Below, piece by piece: positions 12,486 to 26,788 of a DNA stretch of 64,000 nt (position 1 is its first letter; each line of letters starts with the position of its first letter). The stretch comes from Chara braunii (Eukaryota > Plantae > Charophyceae). Location of the stretch: assembly GCA_003427395.1 (NCBI GenBank), contig BFEA01000009.1, forward strand, positions 5,515,955 through 5,579,954, given 5' to 3'. The position numbers were made by a program, and so were the translations under genes. Below the pieces are notes generated by a model. That model made no database searches. It had not been told where the DNA came from and saw only the letters and a list, made by a program, of their open reading frames with translations.

Positions 12486-14538
12486 GAAGGGGAGTGGCAA
12501 GATAAGAAGATAGTTGTATTAGCTGGAAGCAGAGCTATTGAACTCGCGGGCCTGAGGACACACTTCGCGACCAAGCACGCTCTTCTCTTCCCTTCTCGTC
12601 GATTTTTCCTGTTTTCCTTTTCCTCCTTCCTTTTTTTTTCCTTTTTTTTTTTTTTTTTTTCTTCACTTTTAAAATTTGTTCCCCCTTTCCTTTTTTTGTT
12701 TTCTTCGTGTAATGATAATAATAATAATAGTGGGCTTGATGCACTTTTTTTGCTCCTTGCTCCCTTCGGAAGGGTCGGCTCGTGAAAACGGTCTCAAGAA
12801 GTAGGACCCCCTGGCTCTAGCAGGTAACAGGATTGGCATGTACAAACCACAAGAGCAACTTACTCTCGGATTAATGCCCGCACAATAATGAGGGGGCCAA
12901 GGAGTCTGCAATAACCAGTTTTTCTCCTTCTTTTCCCTTTTTTTTTTTTTTTTTTTTTTTTCGCCTTTTTTTGCCACTTTTTTTTTACAACCGACGGATT
13001 GCTGCATCAAATGAACGAGCGGGAATAAAGGCTTCCGTCCATCGGAAGATTGCTATTCCCAATTTCCCAGTGAGGGTAGCGACTATATTAGAACAAGGCG
13101 CAGAACAAAATTTGACAACGGTTGAAACACGACGGGTTCCGGTTTAGCTCTCCAAGGTTCGCTGTGATGATGCGCAAGGTGGACTTCTTTATCGACTGAG
13201 ACCAGGAGGAGGAACAGCGGGAGGTGGAGGAGGTGGTGACGCTCCTGGTGTGAGACACCCTCCTGTTTTATTCTTCACAATCCTACGCCTAGCCGTGCCT
13301 TAGCCAAACGCCACGCAGACCGCCATGTTATGTCCCCCCGAACCTGCTATGCCTTGCCTATGCCCATTCACGCCTATGCTGAGCATTTGTTTTGCTCTTC
13401 TTCTTCTCCTCACTCTGCTTCCAAATCTCGCCATAGCCAACCTGCTCTTTGCCGCATGTGTCTCCGAGAGAGTCTCTCTGTGCACTTTTTGTAAGCGCGT
13501 TGCGATTCTGATTAGTGGCACCATCTGTTTCATGACACTTTTTCTCGTAAGTTGTTGTTGCCTATTTTATGTGGTAGGCGCTGGTCGCTGGCCTGCTAGT
13601 TGATTGAGTGGCGTAATAGCGGGAAGGGAGGGTGATGAAATCCATAGCGGCGGCAAAAACTTCTTCTTGTGTCTTTTTGGTTTCCCTTTCCTATCTCTCC
13701 TTCCTCCTGTTTCTCTACTTCATCTACTCCCCTCCTTGTCCCCCTCCGCATGAACTCTCTTCCCCACTTCCCCCCTCCACAATGTCCGCATGAACTCTCT
13801 TCCTTCCTTCCCCCCTCCCCATCCCTCGCCCCCCATCCCCAAAACCATCCATCATCCCCATTTCGCATTATCCCCTCTTGCGCCCCCTCACCCGCCCCCT
13901 CGCCTTCCAAAGACCATGGAAGATGCCCCTCCCTCTGATGACGCCCCACGTGGCATGGGGTAGAAAAGCGCTTCAGGGAACTGCCATGCCATTCCTGTGA
14001 TTCGACGAGATGATCCATGCGAAAACAGGAGCACAGTGGATTTGGCGGATAGAGTTGAAGCGGGACTTTCTCTCCTTCTCGTTCTCCCTCTCCTCCTCCC
14101 CGCTTACTTCACTACCCCCTCTATCCTCTTCTCTCTATCCCCCATTCCCCATTTTTTCACCCTCTCTTTTGCATACTACATGAGCGGTTGATGGCGACAA
14201 AGTGAGGTTTGTTATATAATCGAAGGTTTTTTTCCCCTCTCTTGAGGGTGTATTGCAAATTTGCAATCTATTCGCCCCCACCTTTTAATTACATGATCTG
14301 CATAGTCTATGTGCGGTCCTTAGTTGTGTACGGTTGATGATAACGGTCTAACACTTATGGTTCGATTGAATGAGTCATTGATGCAATCTATTTTCTCTCA
14401 CCTATTCGCTTACGACTAAGTACATGCATATACTTTATTGATCAGTGGATAATAAATGGGTTGTCGCCTTTATTTGATTGTTGCTTGGAAAAGAGCCAGA
14501 GAGAGAGAGGACGTTGTAGTGGGGCAACCTCATGGTCC

Positions 14539-14588
<50 letters not shown>

Positions 14589-15334
14589 TTTTTTCTCAAA
14601 AAAACCCCCCCCCCCCCCCCCTCTCTCACTTCGTTTTGGTACTTTCGCATATTTGGCTGCCTTCGACTGTGCGATTTTTTTTGTACCCTGAACAGATATG
14701 GACACAGGATATGGTTTTACCCTGCCGCATTGAAAGATCACCTCCGCGACTTGCACCTTGCTCACAGTGTGCCGATGTTTCTTGTCGGAGCACCACGAGT
14801 ATGACGCGTCGTGGTCACGCATGACTCATGTGACACACACATGCTACACACACACACACACACACACACGAGCGCGCGCGCGTTCGCGTTCGTGCATTTT
14901 TTTTCCCTTCAATCAACCAACCAACCAACCACTGACAATCAGTGTGTGTGTGTGTCAAAAACGAAATAAATAAATAAAGAAAAGGAAAATGTCTTTGGCT
15001 TTTTATTGTGTTTTTTTAATCTATTTTCCCTTGTATCTTTGCATATGCAAGCAACACAAGTGAGAGCCATAGACAAAATTCCAAATCGCAAAATCACACT
15101 GTAGCCCAGATAGTCGTGTACCAAGCAGAAAGCATGCACCGAGTTATCAGCCAAATAAGGGCACAACAATGAACTCAAATGTCCATGTCGACTCTTTCGA
15201 TCCGCACCGACACAATATCCAATGTCGCTTTTCTCTATTGGGGCTCCGCGCCCAGCCTATTTACTCAGCACGTATACTAGCATACACTACTTTTATGCAA
15301 GGGAATCACTTCGTTGCGCAAGACCAATGTACAT

Positions 15335-16918
15335 TGTCGGAGCAAACACCCTTACAAGGGTATTTGCTCATGATTTTACTTACGATACAGTATCAACGCC
15401 GGTCGTCGTGCCGGAAACAGGCTGGGGTAAAAAGTGAGAATCTTTGGCATATCGCCGTGAAGCAAAACTTCTCGACCATTGGGGCCGATATTTCTAAGTG
15501 ACCATATGCAGTGATACGACGCAAAACAGGTAAGGGTTAGTAAAAGTTAAAAGTCCTCGGGCGCAAGGGCCGGAGGATTGAAAGAAAACAAAAAAGGGTC
15601 GTGCGGGATGAGTTGACCACAATCTAAATCAGTCAAAGGATCAGGCTGTTAGGGAAAAACGAATTAGATGTAGTCCAAGGGCATCGGACCAACCAGAACA
15701 GGAAGAATCTGCTGGTCGCACCGCCGTAAGCTCGAAAGCGGACTGAAAATAATAATATAAGCCCCGACCGCGCGGCCAGGGCAGCCAATAGAAATGTACC
15801 ACCACCACACCAAGCGGCGACGACCGGTACTGGGCCTCTAAAAATATAAACTTTTGTCCTCCTTTGCGCGGCTGCGAGTGCCGAGCACATCTACCTCTAC
15901 TTGGTGTGGCGCCGGTCTATCCGTATACTTGAGAGTATTTTCCCCATTGAAACCCTCAATGAGATGGTAACAGATAATTACAGACTCTTCGGGCCTTCGG
16001 GTGAATCAAGTGTTCTTGCGGGTCACCCCACATGCACTCAAACCAATGAACACTTAGACAAGTGTGTGGATTAGCAAGCGTCCGCACACACTGATTTGGG
16101 AGAGGGCTCGGGCCACTAGTTGGGCCGAGCCCCACTGATCTACATATCAGTAAGTAGCTCTTCCACTTGTCGTGGTTGGAGTTAGCTCAATGGGATTTGG
16201 GACGGGCTGTAAAGCTGGAGGTTACTGGGATCAAATCTGCTCTAAGCCGAAATAGTTTTCTTTTATGCTATAAAGTAGCTACTTTTTCTCCCGAACTTCG
16301 ACTAACGGGGATTTGAACCCGTGACCTAGAGTTCGGGGATTGCTGCAGTTAGGAGGGTGTAACGACAGTTGGCACGATTAGGAAATTGGTAGTTAGATTC
16401 TGTTTTTCATTCTTTGCTTTTCCATTTATTTCTTGTTGTTCCTCGCCCGACCGGTAGCTACAACCGGTAGATTTACTTCAAGGGAATCTACCGCAGAATG
16501 TAGGGCAGATTCATTCAACCCGACTACTGCATGAGTAATTTAGTCAGGCGTACTTGGACGTGGAAAACAGAAGAGGAAAAAGTGAGCGAGGCAGTGAGGG
16601 CAGAGCGGAGTGATCGAGGGGCACAACGTATTCCGTGACAAGGAAGGAAGAAAAGAGAGAGGTGATCGGGAACGAAGGAGGAAAAGCACTAGCAGGCCAG
16701 AAAACAGGGGATCGTGCGGAAGCAGTGGAACGCGAGGTGGAGTGGAAGAAGAAGAAGAAAAAGAAGAGTGAAGAAGAGGAGGAAGACAAAGAAGAAGAAG
16801 AAGAAGAAGAAGAAGGCGAGGGGGTGAGTTGCGGGCATTAAGGGCAGTTTTTGGCTCGTAGAGAACGGGCGAGTCATTTTGCCGAACGAAAGAACGTTTC
16901 CACGGCATCACTCTGACC
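15335..16918 (-). mobile_element. Large LTR, copy A (minus orientation; may extend further right)
   Basis: ~1.6-kb direct repeat of 56275-57891; starts TGTCGG; its reverse-complement end agcaaatacccttgtaagggtgtttgctccgaca matches 32029-32062, which precedes a PBS. Confidence 0.8.
16178..16264 (+). ncRNA. Putative Pol III small RNA cassette inside LTR A, antisense to the element
   Basis: A-box-like tagctcaatgg, B-box-like ggatcaaatc, T-run end, tacata about 35 nt upstream; panhandle weaker than in the 57119 copy. Confidence 0.45.
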
Positions 16919-17732
16919 GCAATTCGTTTCTTTTTGAGAGTTTCCACGACAGCTCGCTAATCGCTGAAGGTGATCGCGGCTGACGGGGCTTTCCTATGCT
17001 GAAGTGCTGGGTCGTGGATCGTTGTGATCGCCTTAGCTCAAGGATTGGAGCTTGATTGCTGACGGTAGAACTGGTTGGCAGTCGTTTTCAGGCGGTGGAT
17101 GCAGAAGTGCTCGTCACCGACTCTCGGCTCTCGGGTTCTCTCACCCCGTATGATTCGGAGGAAGGAGACACTGGCGGGGTTATTGTAGTGATTGTCTTCG
17201 TAACCGCACTCACAACGACGCATTCCGGTTGAAAAAGCTCCCCTGATCGGGGACAAAGTGAGCATGTAAAAAAAGAAGGGAAAAGAAGAAGAAGACGGAG
17301 GGGGAGAGGAAGAAGAAGGAAGAGAAGGTACAAGAACACTTACCTCCGGAGCGGTAAGCATACGGTCGCCGATAGTGACTTCAAAGACGACGAAGACGAC
17401 GAAAGAAAGTAACAAGGTAAGTCTCGCGATCTCGATACTACTACTAATACGGATGAGCGTGTATGAGTGTATGGGTACGTACGTATGAGCGAGTGAAAGT
17501 CGATCTCGCTTCGACTTTCGGCTACCCCCATCAATAGGATAGGTGAAGTGAGGGGATCTTCCCTCGGAAGGTGAGAGTATACGTCACCTTTGCGTAAGTG
17601 GGATTTAGGGAGAGGAAGAGAGAGAGAGAGGCTACTGCGATTGGGGGATTGGACCAAACACAACGCACCCCTCATTCCGAGTGAACCAGACAACTAAGAT
17701 GAAAAATACACAATTACTTTTGTAAAATTTTA

Positions 17733-17768
<36 letters not shown>

Positions 17769-18759
17769 TATTATTATTATTATTGTTATTATTTTTATTT
17801 TACTTATTGTCCATAAGTACGATTACAAACTATCTATGTACAAGGAAACTGAAACACAGACAAACATGTAAGTCAGACACATCGTGGGAAGTCTGCGGAT
17901 TGCACACTATATTCAACAAAAGGATAGGCCAAACCGAACGAGTCTACAGATAGAACAGGAAAATATGCGCTGCCATGCTAGTTGTTTAGTTGTTCGTGTG
18001 TGTCGTTTGCACGACAAGGTACAAGCTATGTCCGTTGATAGGATGAACAAAACAGACAGATCTTTGGCGACACCTATATCGATGGGATGAGCAAAATCGT
18101 CTAAATCTTACTCTACACCCCAGGGTTATACGTTACGAATGAATATGTGTATATGCATGTATACGAGAAAGGTAGAAAGGAGGAGGGTCGTACAAGAAAG
18201 AAGAGGAGTGTAACAAAAAAACAACAGGAAGCACTTTGAAAAAAAAAAAATGGGGGGGAGGGATCGACTTCCCCCGTCTGAATGGAACAAGGCCGCCATC
18301 GTGGCCAGGTACGATACAGAGGGTGTAAGTGAAAGGGAGTAAAAAGGAAAAGTTAATGCACGAGTGAAGGAGAGACGGGCGATCGTGAGAGGGTGGAGGA
18401 GGTAAAGGGCACCCAGAGGAACAGAATGCGAGGAAGAAGAAGGAAAAGAAGAAGGTTCACCTTCCTCGAAAAACGATGAAAACTCCGATGATGCAACTGA
18501 CACGGCCTATTGTTTGTTCGTCTCTTCCCCCTTTGTACCTACGGTAAATGGGCAGTCTTGTTTGATAAATTGATAACAAGTACATATATACATATATGTA
18601 TATATGTATATATTTATATACTGTATATAGGTAGATATACGTATATCTGTACAAATGTGGCAGGCTGTGTTGTGCGAGCATTTGCCTTTAAAAGGAGTAT
18701 GTTTAAGAGAGAGACAGAGGGACAGACAGGTACATACGAAGGGAACACAGGCGAATGAA

Positions 18760-19496
18760 TATTGACAAACAGACAAACAAATGTAGACAGATAGGAAACC
18801 AGCCGTGCACAGACAGTCAAACAGACAGGCTGACAACAGACAATGAGAAAAACCTGACGTACACGGACAGAAAGACCAGCACAGACTGACAGGCAAGTGG
18901 ACACACAAACACGTGGGCACAGGCAGTCGGACAGATAGGCACAAAACACAGAGAGAAGACAGAGAGACAAGATGACGTAGACAGAATCTGACAAACGTAC
19001 ACAGACGGTCAGACAACAAACCGGCACGAAGATAAAAAACGGATGGGGCGCATGGTGATCCTGGACGTAAGTGGCTTCTGTGTAGGGGAGCTAGGTTATG
19101 AGAGATGCATAAAGCATACCTGGTGCAGGAAGCATGCGACATTGGTCGTTGTATGCTCGTACTTCGGGAGAGCTGTTGTCGTCATCATGCGACATTGTGA
19201 CCCAGTCTAGATGGGATCTGCTATCTATGGTCTGGGCACTGGGCGCCAGATGGGATATCAACATTTGTTCTTCATTGATGATGATGAAACTTACCAGCAT
19301 TTTCAGTTATGAGCTCTTGGGGTCTCCTTATTTGGTGAAACTCGTAATGCAACTTTGTTGGTGATTCGGGGACACAACTACCTGGTCACATGTGAGTGAT
19401 ACTGTTTGATTTCTGAGGTTCATTATCGCTCGTTTTCCTTGAATCTTATCTGAATTAATTATTTGTTATTAATATTGTTATTATTATTATTGATTG

Positions 19497-19545
<49 letters not shown>

Positions 19546-20034
19546 ATTAGTTATTATTATTATTATTTTATCGTCAGACTTGTTTTCCTTCGCTCTTCAC
19601 ATACACAAGGATAGACTTCACACCAGATAGGTGGCGAGCGCCCGCTCGAAACTCTGAAGATGTGGAACCAAGCTCACAAGTTTGACTACAAGCTCGCTTC
19701 AGGTGGCTACAGTACACCGGCGCCCAACACAGTCTTTGTTCGCCACTATGTTCAACCCCACCGTCACCTGCGACACGCTATATCACGTGCATACGCTCAC
19801 ACAGGGACGGAACGACAGACACGAACAGAGGAAAACAAACAAGACAGTCAGACAAGGGGGTACAAATAACAACTTAAACAGATACACGCAAACGAAGATA
19901 TACAAACGGGAGTATACAGACAGAACAGACAAAAGACCGACACACACATATGATGGACAGTCAAGCGCAGATTCATACATAAAGACAGGCGCTCAGAGAG
20001 ACAGACACAGAGACAGAGAGAAAGAGAAACACAT

Positions 20035-20119
<85 letters not shown>

Positions 20120-20949
20120 AAGAAGGAAACCATCGCGGGAGGAAGTTGAAGGTGGCCGTGAAGGGAGATTGCGGGCAGCGTGAGGAAGGAGGCGCCCGAT
20201 CATGGAGAAGAAGAGGAGAAGAGGAAGACTTGCCTGGTCGCAATTGGTCCGCGAAGACAACGCACGTCCCCCGTTGAGATTACTTCAGACCAGAAAGATG
20301 ACATGTATATGTTAAAAACAATCATTGTTAGATCATCATTGCTTTTGTATTATTGTTATATTATTATCATTATTATTATTATCATTATTATTTTATGTTT
20401 GTTATTGCGATTTTTGAATGATAAAAGAGCAAGCGCTGGGTTCTGAGCGTTGCCTTATAGCCATAGGTGAGGCAGTCATAACCGAGCAAACCTCGACGGT
20501 GGTAGTGAGAACGTATGGTGGTCTTTGGGGGGTACGTGGCATCTGTGAGTAGGGGATTTGAGGTTGTCAGTGATACTAGAAACATGCATGGTGCTTGAGG
20601 CGATCGGCATCTGCCGAGATCTACTCGAACTTCATAGAGCTGTCAACATCGCCTTCGTCATTGTAGTCTAGGTTCGATAGGATCTGCCATCTGTAGTCTG
20701 GGCGTCGAGCGCCAGATAGGATATCAACATTGGTTCTTCGTTGTTGATGATGATGAAACTTTACCAGCATTGTCAATTATGAGCTTTTGATGTCTTCTTA
20801 TTTGGTGAAACTCGTGATGCAATTCTGCTGTTGGTTCGGGGTCACGACTATCTGGTATATGATGCTGTTTGATTGCTGAAGTTCGCTATTGCGCATCTTC
20901 CTTGCATTATTATCGATTGATTATCGTTATTATTATTATTATTATGATA

Positions 20950-20980
<31 letters not shown>

Positions 20981-23150
20981 TATTATTATTATTATTATTA
21001 TTATTAGAGAAAACAGACTCGCTTTTCTCATACATGCAAGCACGTGCGCAGCAGATCGGCGACAAGCACCCGTTCAGATCTCAGAGATATGGTAACCGAG
21101 AACACAGTTCAGATTCAAGTTTATTTCAATGGCTATGACGACTCAGCGCCCATACAACTCTCTCTGTTAGCATACACAGGATCAACCTGGAATATCCCGC
21201 ACGCAGTACTCTGTACACACATGCACACACACACACACACGCGCTAAACTCTAACTACGGCTATGGCGGCAATGACTGCTTCTACAACTACGCTGTGATT
21301 ACACTCTCCTTCCGTGCCCACTTCGTCTCCACGCTCACTACACACCACCTCGCATGAGTCGTTGTAGCAGCACTTCCGCATGGCTCACGCAGGAAGAGAT
21401 GAATGGCTGAGCGCTGCCTCTTGAGTTATACCTCTGCAGCTCGTTGGTTTGACCCCCTCCCATGCCCGTAGTGCACACAGTCCCATGCGGTACTTGCTTG
21501 ACTGGACCGGAACAGATTGGGACAGAGACTGCTGACTCAACACGAGTAGACTCCACCATTTGCCCACTTGCCTCAGCCTAATCATGGGCAGCTTCGAAAA
21601 GGTCAATGCTAGGATCTTTCGGAAGCTTCAGTCCTTGGCCTTTCAGACACTGTAGCAGCTACGACCTTGACCTTTCCGGACTGTAGCAGTTGCAGCCTGT
21701 TGACCCTACGATAGTCTACCTACGGTTATTAATACACAGGCCAACAAACAAATATACACAGACTAACAGACATACGAATACAAACAACAACAGACAGACA
21801 CAGATGCAGACAGACAAGTCAGACAAGACAAGCAGACAGGACTGGTAGACACCAGTAAACAGACGAACACACACGTAGAGGCGGAGAAAGAAAGAGACAG
21901 GCTGACAGCAGTCAGACACACATTCAAAAACACAGCCAGACACAGACCGACAGCCAAACAGACACAGACTGACAATCAAACAGACGCAGACTGAGAATCA
22001 AACAGACACTGACAGTCAAACAAACGGATGCAAGGAAAACAGACAGACACATACACGGAGTGAGAACGAGAGAGAGGATGATGGTGGTAAAGAAAGGGCA
22101 CATTCCTGATCTTGACGACAATCTACACCGAACGACATCTTCGTATACACCGGTTCTGCTGCTGACGTCAACTGAACACATTGTCAGTTCGTAGACCGCA
22201 AGTAAGCTGTGTGATTGTAGTCTTGGCGCTGAGCACCAGATGGGATGTCGACATTGGTTCTTTGCTGATGATGATGCGACTACTTCGACATTGTCACTTA
22301 TGAGCTTAAAGTTGTCGTGCTCTTATTTGGTGGAACTTGTGTTGCAATTCTGCTTCTTGTTCGAGGTTGTGACTATCTGGTCTCATGTGGAATTGCAATC
22401 AGATTCGCTTTCTTTCTAACTTCATATGCATGTGAAATGGGTTGCATGCCAAATTGGCGAGAGATGCCCACTCGAAGCTCAGAGGTATGGAAACAAAGAA
22501 TACAGTTTGAATGCTAGCTCTCTTCAGATAGGTTGTGACGCTGTCACACTCAACAACTCTCTGTTCATAACGGTGCCCAGCTCCACCGCTCACATGCGCT
22601 CAACTCTGGATCACCCAGGATACCCCACACTCATACTCCTATCTCTAGCTACGACAATTATGGGCGCCAACTAGAAACTAACCACGAGCAGCTATGGCTG
22701 CGCTGATTCTCTTTTTCAGCGACTTCTATTTTGGGCATCTACAGACCACCTCGGACAAATCGTTGTGGCAACGCTTCCACATGGTTCACGCAGCAATAAA
22801 TGAATGATTGGGCGCTACCTCTTGATTTTGTGCAGCTCGTTGGTCTGACCTTTCCCATGCCCGTAGTGCGCACAGTCCCATGCTGTACTTGCTTGACTGA
22901 ACCAGGACAGACTGGGGCGGGGACTGCTTGCTGAGTACGGGTAGATTCCATAACTGCTCACTTGCCTCTAGTTTGCTGTGAACAACGGTTGAAGGGCCAC
23001 CTCCGGACCTTCCAGAAGTTTGTGAACTTGACCTTCGATACTGTAGCAGTTACGACCTTGATATCCCAGGGGGTTGTAACGACTACGAATCTCAGGAACC
23101 GCTAGGACCTTCAGACGATAGATCTACTACAACCTACGGGCACTCGACGG
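18760..23150. repeat. Higher-order tandem repeat, about 3 units of [CAGA-rich tract]-[conserved block]-[(TAT)n]-[chromovirus-LTR-like segment]
   Basis: Block gcgccagatgggatatcaacatt..gatgatgatgaaact at ~19240, ~20710 and ~22235; LTR-homologous segments at ~19620-19800, 21050-21720 and 22440-23130 (e.g. tcgttgtggcagcgcttccgcatgg). Confidence 0.75.
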
Positions 23151-23341
23151 CAAGGACAGACCCCAGATATTGTGACAATATGTTCTGCAAGCTTGAACAT
23201 TAACTCATTACTTCATTATATTGCTCTACTTGGGTGGATTATTGGTGCAGTTGAACTCTCTTCTTGTACCCGACTACTCAGACAATCTATGTGATTTCGC
23301 AATTTGGTTTTCTGTATATCGTTCACAATCATATTCCTTAC

Positions 23342-23402
<61 letters not shown>

Positions 23403-24343
23403 TTTTATTATTATTATTAAAGTATTTGTGATTATTGAGTATCATGGATCAGGGAAAGGGAGGAGCAGGACACTGGAAAGAAGAGAGACATCGTCACTGT
23501 GTGACGGTGCGTACTTCCTCCATCTTTTCCTCTTCACCCTTGATCTAAACCGCTCTTTCTTCTCTTCTCCATATTTATCCAAGGTTATTATTATGATCGT
23601 TATTGTCATTATTACTCGTAAGCATTATCTTGCGGTTCCTTGATTGATTGATGTCAAAGGAAGTGAGAAAGATCAGATTTGAGGAGATGTGGGGTAATGG
23701 AGAGGAGAGGGACCTCGTCACCGTGTGACGGTACCTACCTCCTCCGTCCTTTCCCATTCCCTCGTGATCTAATCCCCTCACTTCTATTTGTTTTCACAAA
23801 CTATCCGAAATGGTATAATATCTTTGAATATAAAGTCTACTCTATGAAAGAGGAGGATAAAACAGACAGAGACAACAGGGCGATTGCGGGAGCTCTACTA
23901 GAGTTTAGGAAGAACTCTTGAGGCAGGAAACCATAAGGTACGCGTCACCTATTCCTTTCCTGTATACCCGTACAGGCTACGCCCTTCTATCGGACTGCCT
24001 GTATGATTGTATGATATACTGTTTATGGCTTTCTTGAGGACTAAATCATCGAAAGCAAAATGACTATATGATTGAGATAAGAACCTTCCCTGATTTAGGA
24101 AAGGAACATAGGAAGAACCTAAAAGGAACCTAGTTTTCTTGGTTTTGGGAAAGCAAAGGCAATGTGATTGAGCCCCCAAAAGGGTCGTCACGCCGATCAA
24201 GGCGAGTGATAAGGTACTCGCCGTGCGAATTACCACGCCATCCGTCTGACTAATTAACATTTGGCGGGGGTACCTATCTGACTTCGACATTGGTAACAGG
24301 AAGAAGCCGTGCATCTTCTCTGTTGACATGAAGTCTAGATCCA

Positions 24344-24670
24344 AAAGTTAATCCGGGACTCCCGTCGGGTACATGTCTTCAATGGTTAACAAAAACAAAA
24401 TTAATGTGGTACTCCCGTGGGGTACATGTCTACACTGATTAACAAAAGCAAAGTTAATCCGGTATCCCCGTGGGGTTCATGTCTTCAATGGCTAACAAAA
24501 GCAAAAAGTAATCCGGTACTCCCGTGGGTTGCATGTCTTCAATGATTAACAAAAGCAAAGTTAATCCGGTACTCCCGTGGGGTACATGTCTTCAATGACT
24601 AACAAAAGCAAAGGTAATCCGGTACTCCCGTGGGGTACATGTCTTCAACAACTAACAAAAACAAAAGGTA
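24344..24670 (+). repeat. 53-bp tandem repeat, 6 copies, with hairpin core gtactc-ccgtg-gggtac
   Basis: actcccgt at 24358, 24411, ~24464, 24518, 24571 and 24624. Confidence 0.93.
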
Positions 24671-26209
24671 GTAGTAGGCTATCGTGGGGCTCTCCTATCA
24701 CCGATCGAACCAGACTGGGAAGGGAATTAAGTACTCCCGAGTGAGTACGCGAACTCCTAAGTCTAGAACGATCTGTCCGACTTCCCGTAGGAGTCGGCAT
24801 ACCTTTTGCTCATTTACAATACGTAGGCAAGGTAGGCGAACGGTCAGGACAACTCAACTAAGAGTTGTTTCGATTTATCTCCTACGCATCGAATGGGTAG
24901 GAGGATAACTCCCGGGAGGGTTGTCCGAATACTTGTATGATTTGGGGGTCGACTAACGAGGGAAGGGAATGAGGTGATTATGTTGAAGAAGTGAAGGGAT
25001 ACTCCCGGGTGTGTAACCTTACGACTTGTTCAGGTATGAGAAATGGATGATATAAATAAGTACTAACATTGAAGCAGGATATGGGAGGCTCCCGTGGGGT
25101 CATCCTATTACTTGTTCGGCTCTACCTTAACATGTCTAATAAGATACTCCAGCAAAGGGAGAATCTGGTGTTTACCTGAGTCTGCTAACGTAGTCCTAGC
25201 TCGTCTGACTCTGAGGAAGTAGTAGGGTGATTCTCGTAGGGTCATCCTATTACAATCTCTTGAGGATAGGCTGGAGTTTGATCAAGGTGTGATAGGAGGC
25301 TTCCGTGAAGACCACCTATTGCCAACTTGAATTTTGTATTAACACTTGGATATGGAATGTTTTCTGAATGTTGGGTCAAGTGTTGAGACGACTCAACATA
25401 GACCTCCTAACTACTTGTTGTAACTAAGAAAGGGATACTCCCATGTGAGTTATCCGGTTGCTTGCACTAGATTGCTTTAACTGCTTGATTGCATGAGGAC
25501 CGCATGAATATTGAAGAATGACTGAGCGCTCTCGTGGGGCTACTCGACTACTGCTTTGACTATCCGTTTTGCCTGAAATTGATCAAGTAGTGGAAGATTC
25601 CCGGGTGAATCAACCTACTACTTGCACATGTCCGAACAAGAAGAAGAGAAAGGAAAAAGGGAGTGCTCCAGCGGCAGTGACTCCAGTTGTCCTGAAAGAA
25701 GCCGAATAAAAGGGCAAGTACCGCGGAGACAAATAATTAGAAAAGAAGAAGCTCCTCGTAGCCTCAGTTCACTGATAAACTCTTAAGGGAGAAACCGCCA
25801 ACTGGCATGAGTTGATCTCAGCTAGATAACCGCGTAAGCACCGAAGGTTGTACTTATCCGCAGGAAAGAAAATGCAAGAACTGAGAGTAGGGGAAATATG
25901 AGTTCCCTAAGACAACTTAGGACATAGGCAAGAGAGTCCTTGAACGAAAGGATAAGGGGTGACAGACAACTTAGGGTAGGTAGGAGTTAGGGGTTAGGCT
26001 TTGGGACGTTGAACCCAAAGCTCACAACCGGATCTAAGGGTTTAACCCTTAGATATCAATAAAGTGGAAAATCGAGTGGGGTGTTGAATCTTTGTTGACC
26101 TGTGTGTGTGCGGGTCCATGTTTTGATCTACTGCAATTGAAGGAGAAGTCCTACAAAGATGACTCAATTTTTTTGTTATCTCTCGATAACAGGTCGGGCG
26201 TTGCCGATT

Positions 26210-26227
26210 CAATTTCCCCCCCTTTTA
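26210..26227 (-). promoter_or_regulatory. Possible polypurine tract and LTR start (minus strand AAAAGGGGGGGAAAT|TG)
   Basis: Plus strand reads caatttcccccccttttac; no cognate second LTR identified. Confidence 0.35.
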
Positions 26228-26788
26228 CTTGATACCCACGTCTAAAGTCAAACCCTGTGGTCAGTAAAACTATCACCTGTGGTCATTGCCTAAATGGTCC
26301 TAGTCACTCTCAAGGGTCCTTTGAAGAAAAGTGAGGGGGCTGGGCTTATGTCTCACAAAAGATAGAGTTGTCATGCATGGTTTGGGAAGTGAGGGACAAT
26401 GTCTGAGTTGTGGATTGATGGTTGACGTTGTTAGTGTATGGCATGTAAATTGTCTTTGCATTATACTATGCAGGTCTGTTTTATTCGTGGGTTTGGAATG
26501 AACTGGACCTGATGTTTTGAAGAGTCTTTGACACATAACACTTGTGAAAGTGGGAAGGGTTCCAAGCGGTAATACCTCCATATGCATTATCAGTCTTATA
26601 TAACTACTATGTTATCTTATGTTCAGTCATATGTTGAGTAAAATATAATATCCTTGGTAGTAACAAGGGTTGTTTGATACTTTAATCATAGTGGTCAGAA
26701 GGATAATATGTTTTGGGAGCAGAAGCGGAAATAGATGATCATCTTAAAGTTCGACCTGAATATCTAACGGGTCAGTTCTAGGTATCTT

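Noticed and set aside
12300-15000. Host gene exons among the short ORFs
   Set aside because: The ORFs are dominated by simple repeats and show no coherent domain or exon chain
16178-16264. Functional tRNA gene
   Set aside because: No cloverleaf could be folded; treated instead as a Pol III panhandle cassette
24344-25620. CRISPR-like repeat-spacer array
   Set aside because: The first part is a plain tandem repeat, the dispersed part has variable repeats and irregular spacing, there are no cas genes, and the context is eukaryotic
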